Position numbers and translations under genes: made by a program. Shown here one piece after another: positions 26,509 to 38,711 of a stretch of DNA of 53,665 nucleotides. The notes beneath the pieces are model-generated. The model did no database searches. It had not been told where the DNA came from and saw only the letters and a program-made list of their open reading frames with translations. Origin of the DNA: Octopus bimaculoides (lineage: Eukaryota); the NCBI RefSeq assembly GCF_001194135.2, contig NC_068982.1:19537941-19591605 (forward strand), given 5' to 3'. Positions within the stretch are counted from its first letter, which is position 1, and each line of letters begins with the position of its first letter.

Positions 26509-27587
26509 CCAAAACACTGGAAAAAGCATATAGTATTTTGCGAGTGGATTGAGTTTTCATCCCTAGCTGGCGACTCCCACTCTCCTGCGTTATTATTCTA
26601 CTGGCCGTTTAGTGAATTGAACTGTCCGTTTTTAATTGTTGGTTTTATATATATATACATATATATACATACATATATATGTTTGTGTGCATTCAATAAT
26701 ATAAATGCCGTTTAGTTTCAGTATCGTTTTCCAACTTCTGGGCAGATCCATTAAAGGATTTCCTGTATTTATTGGCGATCGCAAAGTTGGGCGAATATGG
26801 ATGATGAGGCAAAACTTCCCAGCCAAGTTCCAGTAACATATGCCACGTCTACGAAGAAAACATGGTGAGAAACATTGACCTTAGGGATAGCAATTTCTGG
26901 ATGCTTCTCGGAAATCACTGCGTTTAATATGTCCAGCGGATCACAGTACAAATCCGAAATGATGATCCATTTTATGAGAATCGTGTAAATGACAACGCAC
27001 TCCCTATCCTACCTCAATGAAAGCATAACCTCCTTGGAGTTCGCTTGTGATAGTTCGCCGTGCTATCTCCACAATTATTTGCGGTTCACATTGTTATAGA
27101 CGCTCAATTATTCCTCCCCTGTCATTATTTAGTAATAAAAGAACCGTTTTATTCCCCCATCTGCAACGATTCACAGAGGAACATTCGTTGAACCATGCTC
27201 TCTTTCACTCAATTAGTGTTGATCTAAACATAAATATTTCAGGCGTAATCAAATTCATGCGGATAGTTTTCACACTCGGTTTGGATATTTGAAGATATTT
27301 GCGACCATCTTCGTCAAATAACATGAGATGATTTCACATAACTCCTTCACTTTGTCACTATTGTCCGGTGAGAACGAGAGGCATCTTGAATGGGAAAAAT
27401 TTTCGATCGAAATTTTGAAAACCACCTCTGGGGCGCGCGCGCACGCACGCACACACGCACACAAACACAAACCCACACACACAAACACACACACACACAC
27501 ACACCCACATACACACATGCATGCTCACACGCACACATATATATATGTAATATGTATGTACATATGTATATATATATATATATATAT

Positions 27588-27837
27588 NNNNNNNNNNNNN
27601 NNNNNNNNNNNNNNNNNNNNNNNNNNNNNNNNNNNNNNNNNNNNNNNNNNNNNNNNNNNNNNNNNNNNNNNNNNNNNNNNNNNNNNNNNNNNNNNNNNNN
27701 NNNNNNNNNNNNNNNNNNNNNNNNNNNNNNNNNNNNNNNNNNNNNNNNNNNNNNNNNNNNNNNNNNNNNNNNNNNNNNNNNNNNNNNNNNNNNNNNNNNN
27801 NNNNNNNNNNNNNNNNNNNNNNNNNNNNNNNNNNNNN
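27588..27837. other. Assembly gap within a (TA)n array
   Basis: N run. Confidence 1.
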
Positions 27838-27892
<55 letters not shown>

Positions 27893-28493
27893 CAGATATA
27901 TAAATATATTTATTTGTGTGTGAAGATATGTGTGCGTGTGTACAAGTGTGAGAGTGGGTGCATGTATCTTTGATGAAATGAAAAGAAAGCAAAATGTGAC
28001 ATTGTTCGAAGTCAGATACACAACATTTACGCAGAAACTCTCATCGACACACACGTGCTTATTGAGGCTCATAAGCATATACCCCTGATATACAACAATT
28101 TTTTGCGTGTTTCTGAGTGTCTTAGGAAATATACACCGTGTGATTTCTGTGCAAGTAAAACCTATATGCTTGTAATAATGTAAAAAGATAATCTATCCGC
28201 CAGGAAATATATTGAGATCAATGTTGGATATCTCCCAACAGGAAATTTAGAGACATAGACAGAGAATAGAATTTTATGACCCATTAAGGATAACAAGCGT
28301 CTGTTTCCGAAAATAAAAGATTATTATTGGATGAGATTATTTCAAAACGTGAATCATATATAGAATACTGAAGAAAAGAGAAAAGAAAAACGCAGCTTCA
28401 CTCGGTCGCATTCTTTTACTCGCTTTCAATTATTTTATATATGTGCGTTCATATAATACACACATATATGCCTATATACAGGGTTGTATATAT

Positions 28494-28840
28494 NNNNNNN
28501 NNNNNNNNNNNNNNNNNNNNNNNNNNNNNNNNNNNNNNNNNNNNNNNNNNNNNNNNNNNNNNNNNNNNNNNNNNNNNNNNNNNNNNNNNNNNNNNNNNNN
28601 NNNNNNNNNNNNNNNNNNNNNNNNNNNNNNNNNNNNNNNNNNNNNNNNNNNNNNNNNNNNNNNNNNNNNNNNNNNNNNNNNNNNNNNNNNNNNNNNNNNN
28701 NNNNNNNNNNNNNNNNNNNNNNNNNNNNNNNNNNNNNNNNNNNNNNNNNNNNNNNNNNNNNNNNNNNNNNNNNNNNNNNNNNNNNNNNNNNNNNNNNNNN
28801 NNNNNNNNNNNNNNNNNNNNNNNNNNNNNNNNNNNNNNNN
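28494..28840. other. Assembly gap
   Basis: N run. Confidence 1.
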
Positions 28841-28964
28841 GTGCCTGCCCTAGATACAGAAGTACAGACTAGAATAGGATAAAGAGAGTTTGTGACAAAG
28901 CAATCAGAGTACACACATGGTACAAGGCTGACAAATATCAAGGAGTGATTTGTGTAGGTTACAA

Positions 28965-29029
28965 GGATGTAAACACACCAATACCGGTTGCCAAGCAATA
29001 GTGGGGACAAACAGACACAGAGACAGGCA

Positions 29030-29076
<47 letters not shown>

Positions 29077-29251
29077 ACGCACACATACACATACACACAT
29101 GACGGGCTTCTTTCAGTTTCTGTTTACTAAATTCACTCTCAAGGTTTGGTCGGTCCGAGCCTATATTTGAAGTCAATCAACCAAGGTATCACACAATGGC
29201 ACGGAAACTAGAAACATGTGGCTGGGAAGCAAACTTCTTACTACAAAGCTA
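28965..29251 (-). mobile_element. SINE family S2
   Basis: Reverse-complement match to 30221-30530, including the internal (CA)n. Confidence 0.8.
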
Positions 29252-29604
29252 TTTTCGTTGCTTTACTGGTTTCATTCACCCGACTGGTGAATAACCTGAT
29301 GAACCGACCTCAAAACATTCAGACAGTCCTAACCCTGGCACTCATTTTGTAGTCACTCATGTGTGAAATAGCTAAGATCACATTTATCACATCACATTGG
29401 GGGGCCTCATTCATTGCATAGACATATGAACCCGAATGTAATGTTGCTATTTAAAAAATCACAAAGCAAGTCAGTATTTAGTGCATAGAATCACAGACTA
29501 ACCACACCAAACATACATACCTAAAAGTTATGTACATACTGTGACTGTCTGTCTATATCTTTTCCTATCATTGTCGAATTCTAAGTCTGTTTCACTCACC
29601 CACA

Positions 29605-29648
<44 letters not shown>

Positions 29649-30220
29649 AAGTGTACGTCTATGTGTGTGGAGATGTATATACATACGTGTGTAAGTGTGT
29701 ATATTAACATCTGTGCATGAAGATATAGCATAATTCTAAATTTGATTGCAAGCAAACATCACCTTTGTGAAAATATTATTGAAATAGCAAAATGTCTATG
29801 TATCTCATCGCATATTTGACGATCTTGAAAGCGGCAATAATAAAGTAGCTCGTAATTTAACGCCTGGAATAAAATTATTTCTGCATACACCTAAGACCAT
29901 TTCACTAGAATAAATTTCATACGCTCGTAAGGCTCGGTGGCCAATAAAGAGTAGTTTCTCTCTGATAGGTGTATGAATAACCAGTTTGCTGTTTGCTACT
30001 GTGCTGCAGGATAAGTATCCATCATCAACAAAAGCAGCTAGTTTCTATCACAAATTAATACCCCTCCACTTACAGCCATTATCCTACGACGACCAGTCAT
30101 TTGTCAGTAAAGTTACCCATATATCTCGCAACTCTGAGTACTTACAGGTTAACTAGTGAAGATAATTTTGCAATATATTAATTATTCCACAATATATTCA
30201 GTATTGTATAGTTTGTTTGT

Positions 30221-30667
30221 AGGCGTAGGAGTCGCTGTGTGGTAAGTAGCTTGCTTACGAACCACATGGTTCCGGGTTCAGTCCCACTGCGTAGCACTTT
30301 GGGCAAGTGTCTTCTACTATAGCCACGGGCCGACCAAAGCCTTGTGAATGGATTTGGTAGACGGAAACGGAAAGAAGCCCGTCGTATATATATAAATGTG
30401 TGTGTGTGTATGTGTGTGTATGTGTCTGTATGTGTGTGTGTGTGTGTGTGTGTGTATGTCTATATGTTTGTGTGCCTGTGCTTGTCCCCCCAACATTGCT
30501 TGACAACCGATGCTGGTGTGTTTACGTCCCCGTAACTTAGCGGTTCGGGAGAAGAGACCGATAAAATAAGTACTAGGCTTACAAAGAATAAGTCCTGGAG
30601 TCGATTCGCTCGACTAAAGGAGGTGCTCCAGCATGGCCACAGTCAAATGACTGAAACAAGTAAAAGA
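30221..30667 (+). mobile_element. Full-length SINE family S2
   Basis: A box ctgtgtggt, B box gggttcagtccc, CORE-like ctttgggcaagtgtctt, internal (TG)n, and tail gactgaaacaagtaaaaga. Confidence 0.88.
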
Positions 30668-31111
30668 TTAAATGCGTCTCTACCTCTTTATACAGACAGG
30701 GACAATTGGCTTACACAGGTATATGTGTGCAGAAAGAAAAAGACAAACACGAACACAGATCTATATATGGGGTCAAAATATTTCTACTTTCCAGACTTCA
30801 ATCATATTCATCACAAGTCAAATAATGAATGCGTCAGCAGACGCCCCCGAAAGAGCTGAGAGGTTGTATGAAACACGGAAATACGCGTTTACCAAGTAAA
30901 CCTTTCCATGCGTCAGCGTTTCTTCCACAAATTTTGATTCTTTTATCGGGTTGATTTGTTTGTGGAATATATACACTTCCTTTTTTTTCTTTTTTTTTAA
31001 AGAACATTAGTATACGTGCAGAAAGAGATTCATTTCATACTACAAACCAGTGAAGCCAGGATATGATTTTTGCGTATTTCTATCTTATTATAATACTTAG
31101 ATACAAGTAGT

Positions 31112-31350
31112 GGAGGCGCCTGGCTTAGTGGTTAGGGGTGTCGTAAGATTGTGGTTTCGATCCTGACCCGGGAAACGCGTTGTATCTTTGAGCAAAACAC
31201 TTCATTTCACGTTGCTGGCACTGAGCTAGCAAAAGTGAGTAATCGTGTGACGGACCGGCGTCCTATGCAGGTGGAAGGTATGTGTACCATGGAAACCGGT
31301 TTCCAGGCCCTTATGAGTCGGTGTGACTCGAGAAGGAAACTTTACTTGCT
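31112..31350 (+). mobile_element. tRNA-headed SINE family S3 (CORE-like plus Meta/V-like central segment)
   Basis: A box tggcttagtgg, B box ggtttcgatcc, then ttgagcaaaacactt and gtgacggaccggcgtcctatgcagg...ggaaaccgg. The domain names are from recall. Confidence 0.7.
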
Positions 31351-32394
31351 TAGAGTTAAATGGATAATGGTAGCAAACAATAAATAACTTGTCATGAGTG
31401 TTCCGCAACCAGGTTTTTCAGGTTTTGTTTCATACTCTACACACTGTTGTTTCGGGCTGTTACATATGAAGAATGAACGGTCTATCTTTAGTTCAGGATC
31501 CATACGTAATTGTTTGAAGCTAATAACATTTTTATTTCGATGTTTATCTATATTCTATTACAACACCATATTTGTGGACAATGAAAAATTTGATCATCAG
31601 TAACTTGGAAATTTAATGCTGTTTGGAATTCATTAAATCTAAATTTAATGTTGAAAAGCTGAAATAATAATAAACAAAAGTAAAAGTTGTACAGTTCTCT
31701 TTTGTGACCTTGACGTTTCTCTATTTAACAATATTTTTAATTTGTTCGTGTACATTAAATTTTATGTTAACATTATTTTACTTTAAATGGCTGATGCATC
31801 TCAATAGCATCAATGCAATTATTACATTTTGACAGAAATGAAACTGTTTTTAGTTTATCAACTCATGCTATTTTCAGGAACAAAATCATAGAAAAACAAT
31901 CACGTTACTGGAATTGAAATTTAGTATTAGAAATTTAAGGAAAGCTACAAATAATAAAACAGCTTGTTGATAATGTTGAATTTAAAATGTATTAATGCCT
32001 TACTGGAGAAACAAATATTTTATTTCTTAAGAATGAGTTCAGTTTATTTAGACCAAATGAATTTTATCATGGTAGACCCGTTATAGTCGTCGAAAACGAC
32101 AATGTTTTACTCCTTGTTTAGTCAGTAAGGAGAGACTTCGTCCTTGTCTTTTGTACGGATTCTCAGACATTGAAGCTTTAATAATTGCTTTACTAAATGC
32201 AATTATAAATGTTTCTCTTTAATAAATGCATGTCATTAAATTTAGGGAACGATATAAATGAGACTCACATTCGTTGTCCAAATTGCAATATCTGCGCACA
32301 TCTGGTCCGAGCCGCTGTGGTTGGGAAGAAACGTGCGTAATTATTGAAAATGTCGTCGTCAGTGGAGACGTTGGATATATTAATAGAAACACCT

Positions 32395-32620
32395 GCGAGT
32401 TGGTAGAAACGTTAGCACGCCGGGCTAAATGCAAAGGAGTATTTCGTCTGCCGTTACGTTCTGAGTTCAAATTCCGCCGAGGTTGACTTAGCCTTTCATC
32501 CTTTCAGGGTCGATTGAATAAGTACCAGTTACGCATTGGGATCGATGAAATCGACTTAATCCCTTTGTCAGTCCTTGTTTGTCTCCTCTATGTTTACCCT
32601 TTGTTGGCAATAAAGAAATA
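32395..32620 (+). mobile_element. SINE family S1
   Basis: gtagaaacgttagcacgccgggc head, gagttcaaattccgccgaggttgacttagcctttcatcc core. Confidence 0.85.
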
Positions 32621-32702
32621 AGAAACTACTTTGACGACACATTTCTATATTTAAGAGATAAGGAATTTTGTACATTATTTACATTCGACGGATATTTGTC
32701 CA

Positions 32703-32748
32703 CACACAACGATTCGGCTGATATACCCTCCAGCCTGCATCAGGTGTC
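32703..32748 (-). ncRNA. Family A hammerhead motif, probably inactivated
   Basis: gacac|CTGATGC|a|ggctg...cagcc|GAA|TCGT|T|gtgtg; carries A9C and A15.1U substitutions. Confidence 0.6.
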
Positions 32749-32825
32749 TTGGGGAAATTTCGAATCTGGGTTCTCATTCCTGAGGTATTTTTCTTTGTTT
32801 TTATTATTACTATTGTTGTTGTTCA

Positions 32826-32893
32826 GATCACTGCTTGGAAACGAACTCGGAATCTTGGGGTTAGTAGCCCGCGCTCTTAATCACTACGCCATA
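32826..32893 (-). promoter_or_regulatory. tRNA-derived Pol III A/B-box module inside the PLE terminal arm
   Basis: Minus strand tggcgtagtgattaagagcgcgggctactaaccccaagattccgagttcgtttcc. Confidence 0.65.
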
Positions 32894-32911
32894 TGGAGTG
32901 AATTTTAGGGC

Positions 32912-33480
32912 TTATAAAGCTAATATTTTTCTATCTTTCCTTAATACCGGTTCCCATATGCTGCTCATATCTGCACTCGGTTTGCTGAGGAGGTTGTCGT
33001 GTCCTGGCATATGTGCTGCTTCTTTTAGTTTTAGTATCTTCCAGTGGTGTTATCTGTCTATTATTTTAACTTCATTTCACAGGGGAAGGTGGTCTCCATC
33101 TCTCCATACATGATCAGCTATACCCGATTTATCAATATCTTCTCGTGTCACAGCTTTGCGAAGTTCGTCTACCCATATTTTGAGGGGGCGTCGTGTTTCC
33201 CCTTTGTATAACCTACCACAGCTGCATGGGATGGAGTACACGCAGTCTTTGGTCATATTCTCTTCTATTGGTGGATTTACTCGAAGGAGATATTTGCGAA
33301 GAGTTTTATTACTCTTAAATACTATTCTGATGTCATATGGGCCCAGTCTTTACTGAGAGGCCTTTCACATTGGGTAGAAAGACTGTGGACAGTTTATTGG
33401 CCTCATCCTCTCCCTTCTTCATAATTGGAGTGGATAGTATTGAGCTTGATCATTCCTTCGTGGCGTGTATCACGATCGCT
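32912..33480 (-). pseudogene. PLE GIY-YIG endonuclease pseudogene fragment
   Basis: Encodes KDCVYSIPCSCGRLYKGETRRPLK...KSGIADHVW...KLKEAAH, matching the Penelope-type GIY-YIG pattern VYxIxCxCGxxYxGET; contains stops. Confidence 0.85.
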
Positions 33481-33844
33481 AATTATATGCTTTGCACGAT
33501 GTTTTAGGCCCTGAGCAATCCCTCCCTTTACAGAATACTGAAACCCGTCACCCACCCGTGAAAGCAGTAATTGATGTAAGTAGCCGACATCTAGAAAGCT
33601 CTGAAGAAACAGTACTGGACAAAAGTCTCAACTTCACGACAACCATCAAGCGTATTTCATACTTGGACATAATAGCCCCTATTGAAGAGAGAGCCATAAA
33701 AAAGAAGCAGCACATATGCCAGGACACAACAACCTCCTAAGCAGACCGAGTGCAGATATGAGCAGCATATGGGAACCGGTATTTAGGAAGGATAGAAAAA
33801 TATTAGATTTATAAGCCCTAAAATTCACTCCATAATTCACACCA

Positions 33845-33915
33845 TATGGCGTAGTGGTTAAGAGCGCAGGCTACTAACCCCAGAATTCCGAGTTCGATTC
33901 TAAGCAGTGACCTGA
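33845..33915 (+). promoter_or_regulatory. tRNA-derived Pol III A/B-box module inside the PLE terminal arm
   Basis: A box tggcgtagtgg (33847-33857), anticodon-like loop ctactaa, B box gagttcgattc (33890-33900). The T and acceptor stems pair poorly, so this is not a functional tRNA. Confidence 0.72.
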
Positions 33916-34007
33916 AAAACAACGATATTAATAGCAATAATAATAATAATAATAATAAAGTTGAAAAATACCTTAGGAATGAGAAGCCAGGTTCCAAATT
34001 TCCCCAA

Positions 34008-34053
34008 GATATCTGATGAAGGCTGGAGGATATATCAGCCGAAACGTTGTGTT
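34008..34053 (+). ncRNA. Minimal type I hammerhead ribozyme (family A), intact core
   Basis: gatat|CTGATGA|a|ggctg gaggatatat cagcc|GAA|ACGT|T|gtgtt; stem I is kept through G-U pairs. Confidence 0.77.
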
Positions 34054-34177
34054 AACAACAAACAAGATGAGGACGAACATCCATCAAATGTAAATAATGT
34101 ACTTTTAACGACACTATTTAAAAGAAATCGCGGGTATTTGAACTTGATGTTAATATATTGTAAGGAGTCATTAAGTC

Positions 34178-34375
34178 GCCGAGCGAGCATGTTTATTAGC
34201 ATGCCGGACAGAATGCTTAGTTGATTTCGTTTATCCGTCTTTACACTTTGAGTTGAAACTCTGCCGAGTTCGACATTGCCTTTCATACTTTCGGTTTCGC
34301 TAAAATTTTCACCAGTTGAGCAATGTAATTGACTTACCTCCTTCCATGAAATTGCTGGTCGTATTTGAAATCAAC
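34178..34375 (+). mobile_element. Degenerate SINE family S1
   Basis: ttagcatgccggacagaatgcttag...gagttcgacattgcctttcatactttcgg. Confidence 0.7.
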
Positions 34376-34756
34376 ATTTGAAAACAATATATTGTATGGA
34401 TTCAGTGGGTTTACGTTAGAAGTAATATACATCTGTGTTTAAGATTATCGTTACTGCTATTTCAGAAAGAGATAGAACGGTTATAGTATTAAAATAGTTG
34501 CAGAGCATTTTCCGGATACATAAAGTGGATATTGAATGATCGTTGTTCCTATAGAAACCGCCTTCTGTAAATAACAAATAAAAAGTAAAGACCCACAGGG
34601 TCACTGACTTCAGCGGAATCCGAAATCCCATCGCAGTATCGATGTGTAGTTTTGGGATCAAGATTTATTGCTAACGGATGTAAGGGTTTGTTCTGCCATT
34701 AAAATATGATTTATGGTAGAGCGAGAGAGCGGCCCTAAATTCGAAGCAAATATCGG

Positions 34757-34838
34757 TTTGAAATTTTGGCACAAGATCAGCAAATTCGTGGTGGGGGGTG
34801 ATAAATCAATTAAATCGACCCCAGTGCTCAGCTGATGC
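34757..34838 (-). mobile_element. SINE S1 3' fragment
   Basis: ggcacaag...tcgaccccagtgctcagctg resembles the reverse complement of the S1 tail. Confidence 0.55.
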
Positions 34839-35721
34839 TTTTATATCCAATATTTTTATCTTCTCTGCAATAATGACATGTAACCGCGCATTTTATAATG
34901 CTCTAAGGACGACACTGCGTTGTAATTCTATGTCGAATCTTAGAGTCTGACTCATGAAGTTTACAAGTGTCATATATATATTGAAACTTGAGTTCTTAAT
35001 TGGCTGCTCACTGATGAACAACCTACATTCTTACTATTTGTACTTTATCGATTTGTTCTTCATTCGATTTTTTTTTTCGCTCAAATTAACTGTTTTGCAT
35101 ATAAGAGGTTCAAATTGCCAGTAAGGGAAGAGAAAGGACATTTAGTCCCGAACGAACTTTTACAGAAATGATGAAAATTCGTATGTCAGATAATCATGCC
35201 ATTGAGCGATAATTGACATCTCACATGTACAGAAGACATAATTAAGACGTAATGCAGACAAGTCTATTGATTCAACCAAGTAAATGACATTATCTCTGTG
35301 TTGAAAAGATTCTGGTCTGCTACAAATTAGCTGTCAAAAATGAGACACATTTTATATTGCCGCGGATAAAGATAAAACTTAAATTTATACTAGCAGATAA
35401 ATTGATATTCAAAATAATGCGTAGGATAACGCGTCAAGATTAGAATGTCAGTCTGAAAGATATTTGGATCCTAGACAGAGTCCAGTTCCAATATTCCACG
35501 TTTACATACAAACACTGTGGATATGAAATATGAGTGGCAATTGATTAAATGCTAAACATTTAAAATGGTTATCACTCTAAACTGAATAAATTTACTGAAT
35601 GAAATGATTTACATAATTTGCCTTCAACTAAGAAATAGTGCAAAGTTTAAGAGTTATTTTAAGCGTGTAACTTTTAATCTCTGACCCAGTTCATTACCAG
35701 TCTCATACTTCCTTAAATGTA

Positions 35722-35767
<46 letters not shown>

Positions 35768-35774
35768 ATATACA

Positions 35775-36185
35775 TATTGTTGTATTTCGGGATGGTCATT
35801 TTAATTTATTTTGGGGTCGCCAAACAAACACACGTACTATATTTTATTTTTCCTCACTCGTTTATCACGGTTCTTATTTTATTATTTTCACTCATGTCCA
35901 TTGTCCAGAGATCTTTCGTCACACATCTGTGACCTCTTGAGTGAGACTTTTCGCTTATGTGTGCGTTCTTGCTCGACTTACTGCATTTGGGGTGGGGACA
36001 GTGAGTGGAGTAAGAACACACACGAAAACGAAAAGTGTGACGAAAGAGTTCCGGACAATGGACATGACTGTAAATAATAAAACAACAACAGTAATACACG
36101 AGTGAGGAAAGAATATATAGTGCGTGTGTTTCTTTGGCAAACAAAAAATAATAATAATACGACCATCCCGAAATACAACAATATT
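35775..36185. mobile_element. Old inverted pair of a second PLE-like terminal repeat
   Basis: About 35775-35927 and 36023-36185 are diverged reverse complements (e.g. ttgttgtatttcgggatggtc / gaccatcccgaaatacaacaa). The left arm contains an HHR remnant. Confidence 0.7.
35903..35947 (-). ncRNA. Degenerate minimal hammerhead (family C)
   Basis: gtc(t)ca|CTCAAGA|g|gtcaca gatg tgtgac|GAA|AGATCT|C|tggac. Stem II is a perfect 6 bp and AGAUCU is palindromic, but the core carries G5C. Confidence 0.62.
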
Positions 36186-36227
36186 TGTTTCAACACACGA
36201 TTTCACATCAGGAATCTTGCAAAACGA

Positions 36228-36271
<44 letters not shown>

Positions 36272-36868
36272 GTGTGTGTGTGCGCTCGCGCGTGTGTGCG
36301 TGTGTGTGTGTTTGTGTGTATGTGTGTGTGTGTGTGTACAGTTTTACTTAAATACACATTTGAAAAATATAATACAACTGATTTCATGATTAGCTGAATG
36401 TATCTTGTACTTGATCACTGATTTTCAAATTGCATCTTGCTAATAGTATTTCTTATATAGATATTGTAAATGTTAATACTGTCAACAAATTCCACAGTTA
36501 TAACGCGTTGTGGTACCTTCCTGTTTTAAATGAATTGACAAGAATCTTGTAACTTCATTATTTACATTGTAATTTTTAATGGTTTGCGAAAATGTGTTTT
36601 GGTGCTCGCGAGGGTTACCTTTTTGATTAGTTTCTTAATTTTCCAAGTATGAATTTCTGGGTCGGTCTGATACGCTCATACATATGATATATGTAGGTGA
36701 GTAACATGAGACGTGTCTGTCTTGAGTCTCCGTTAAGGTGTGTGCGCTTGAGTATCTATGAACTATTATCATTAGTAGATGTTAGAGTGTGTTTGTTAAA
36801 TTGTTATGGTTAATAGCAATATGTATATATTTGAAACATCGGCCTCTTTATCTAGTTTACACTAGACC

Positions 36869-37153
36869 AATGATTTGGTGTGTAAAATTGGACTCAAAAC
36901 GATCAGAACGGACATGTAGAAAGTAGTCAGTTGTCGAGCTGTATGTCCCTGTATTTCTCTGTTCTTTTCTCACTTAACCCGGCCTATTTATCCAGATTAC
37001 ACTTGATAAATAGGCCAGATTAAATGAGAAAATAATGGTGAAATTCAGGACATACAGTTCGACAACTGACTACTTGCTACATGTCCGTTCTGATCAGCAT
37101 ACCATATCACTTAGCGATCCATTTTTTCGTTCGATTTAACATACCAAATCATT
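36869..37153. repeat. Nested foldback element or MITE
   Basis: Outer arms 36869-36890 / 37132-37153, main arms 36901-36957 / 37040-37095 (about 4 differences), and a perfect inner 12-bp pair 36981-36992 / 37005-37016. Confidence 0.9.
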
Positions 37154-37539
37154 CATCTAATGGGTAGATAGAACATATGAACTTATTCTGCTTGGAATTG
37201 TTCTTCCATCCGGCTTTTTTCCCCAATGTATGCATGCGCATTTAACCGATTTTACAAATGCATACACATTGCCATAAACATAACAATTGAATTATGCCGA
37301 ACTGCATAATAGCCCCTTTGAACTCTAGATGAGATTCGTACTGGTGAGTGTAAAACAGTTTGAGTTACAGATGTAGGGATGGTACAATTGATACCGCCGA
37401 TGACGATGGTACAAAATAGCAGCAGATTCAACTGTTATATAAGCCTATGAAATTTCGAGGGCATAGCGTCATATGAGAGAATAGAAGAGTATCAGTAAGT
37501 CACTCAGTATGCTAGTAGTTTAAATGGATGAATGGATTG

Positions 37540-38660
37540 GAGAAATGGATGCTAATGATGAGTTGGATTGAAGAAGTTGGATGTTACATTGAATGTTATA
37601 CTGAAGACGTAAGGTAGAGGCACGATAGATGAGCTATAAGGAAATTATGTTAGTTTTGAGGTGGATGAGTTTGAAGTCGGGAACAAGGGTTGAGTTGTTC
37701 AAGTGTAAGCTCAATGTACAAGGGTTGAGTTGTTCAAGTGTAAGCTCAATGTACCTTGGTGGACTACAATATGCTCTAAGATGCAAAGTAGCAAACCTGA
37801 GGCCGATGGTGAGGATAATTATGTGGGCGTGTAAGGAGAGATAGTCAAATTTGTGGACACCTTTATCGTATTTGGAGTATGAATCTGATTTTAATGCGAG
37901 TTTCAAAGATAAATCATGATGACATACATGTGACTGTGGTAGGTTTAAAATATGGTATGGCACGTTTGGTGCAGTTGAGGGGGCAGTATAAACTATAGCG
38001 GGTAGTAAAATCTACCATGAATTCCGTGATCGTAATAGATGTATTGTAAATGGACGACGTCAACTGAAGTGCAGGAAAGAGATGAACATGATATAGCACG
38101 ACTCGAGGTCTCCGAGAATGAGAAACGGTAATCATAAAAGGCCAATTCATTTGGGGGATTAGTCTACAGCACTGGAAGACATGAATCACAGTATAGTTAA
38201 TGAAGGGGATAACATATTTGAAGCAATCTCTAGTTCCAGGACTTTTTAAGAAAACTCTATGTTCCTTTTTTTCTCATACAGATTTGCACACAGCAATATG
38301 TCCGCCTATGCACATAGGGGTAGTTTTGTTTAGTACGTTCCCAGAAGTTGTGAAATGGGCCAAGGAAAAACGTGTCAATATGAATAGAAAATATAAGAAA
38401 GCAATGGCTGTACACAGGTGACTTAGCACGGGTTTACTTACCTCGGAAGGAGGGAAAGAGGATTTGTTAGAATAGAGGATAGTGTCGTGATCAACCATTG
38501 CATGCCTATCTGAGCAATAGCGATGAAGGAATTTAGCAAGCTGCTCGGAGTCAGAAGTTGGTCAGTGTCGTTGGGGAAGCATCCAGGACTATAATGGAAA
38601 AGATCATCAGCCGGAACGAGAAAGTCTTTCAAGAAGAGTTTTAAAAGCAAACAGTAGATC
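37540..38660 (-). mobile_element. Highly decayed PLE-like remnant
   Basis: Minus-strand fragments DLFHYSPG..., HRYCSD (cf. RRICSD in the PLE RT thumb region) and FLILGDLE (cf. the FxLGTL C-terminus). Contains a 35-bp tandem duplication at 37684-37753. Confidence 0.4.
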
Positions 38661-38711
38661 AAGCTGTTGAAGAACCCTATAGATGATTATGACAGGGTAA
38701 TTTGTTTAAAG

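Larger units (their letters stand above)
32644..34102. mobile_element. Penelope-like element (GIY-YIG type) with two outward-facing 3' ends forming an inverted repeat of about 360-400 bp
   Basis: Arms about 32670-33026 (-) and 33700-34102 (+) each contain the ORF C-terminus, a tRNA-like module and an HHR. The interior holds a GIY-YIG remnant (-) and an N-terminal PLE ORF remnant (+, VIDVSSRHLESSEETVLDKSLNF). Confidence 0.9.

Noticed and set aside
30825-30895. Possible start exon MNASADAPERAERLYETRKYAFT
   Set aside because: Weak donor (gtaaac), adjacent to a SINE, and no homology recognised.
33845-33915. Functional tRNA gene with anticodon ACT
   Set aside because: The T-arm and acceptor stem do not pair properly and the unit is embedded in a PLE arm. 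Treated as a tRNA-derived promoter module.
37329-37343. 15-nt micro-exon candidate (tag|...|gtgagt)
   Set aside because: Weak polypyrimidine tract and no supporting context.
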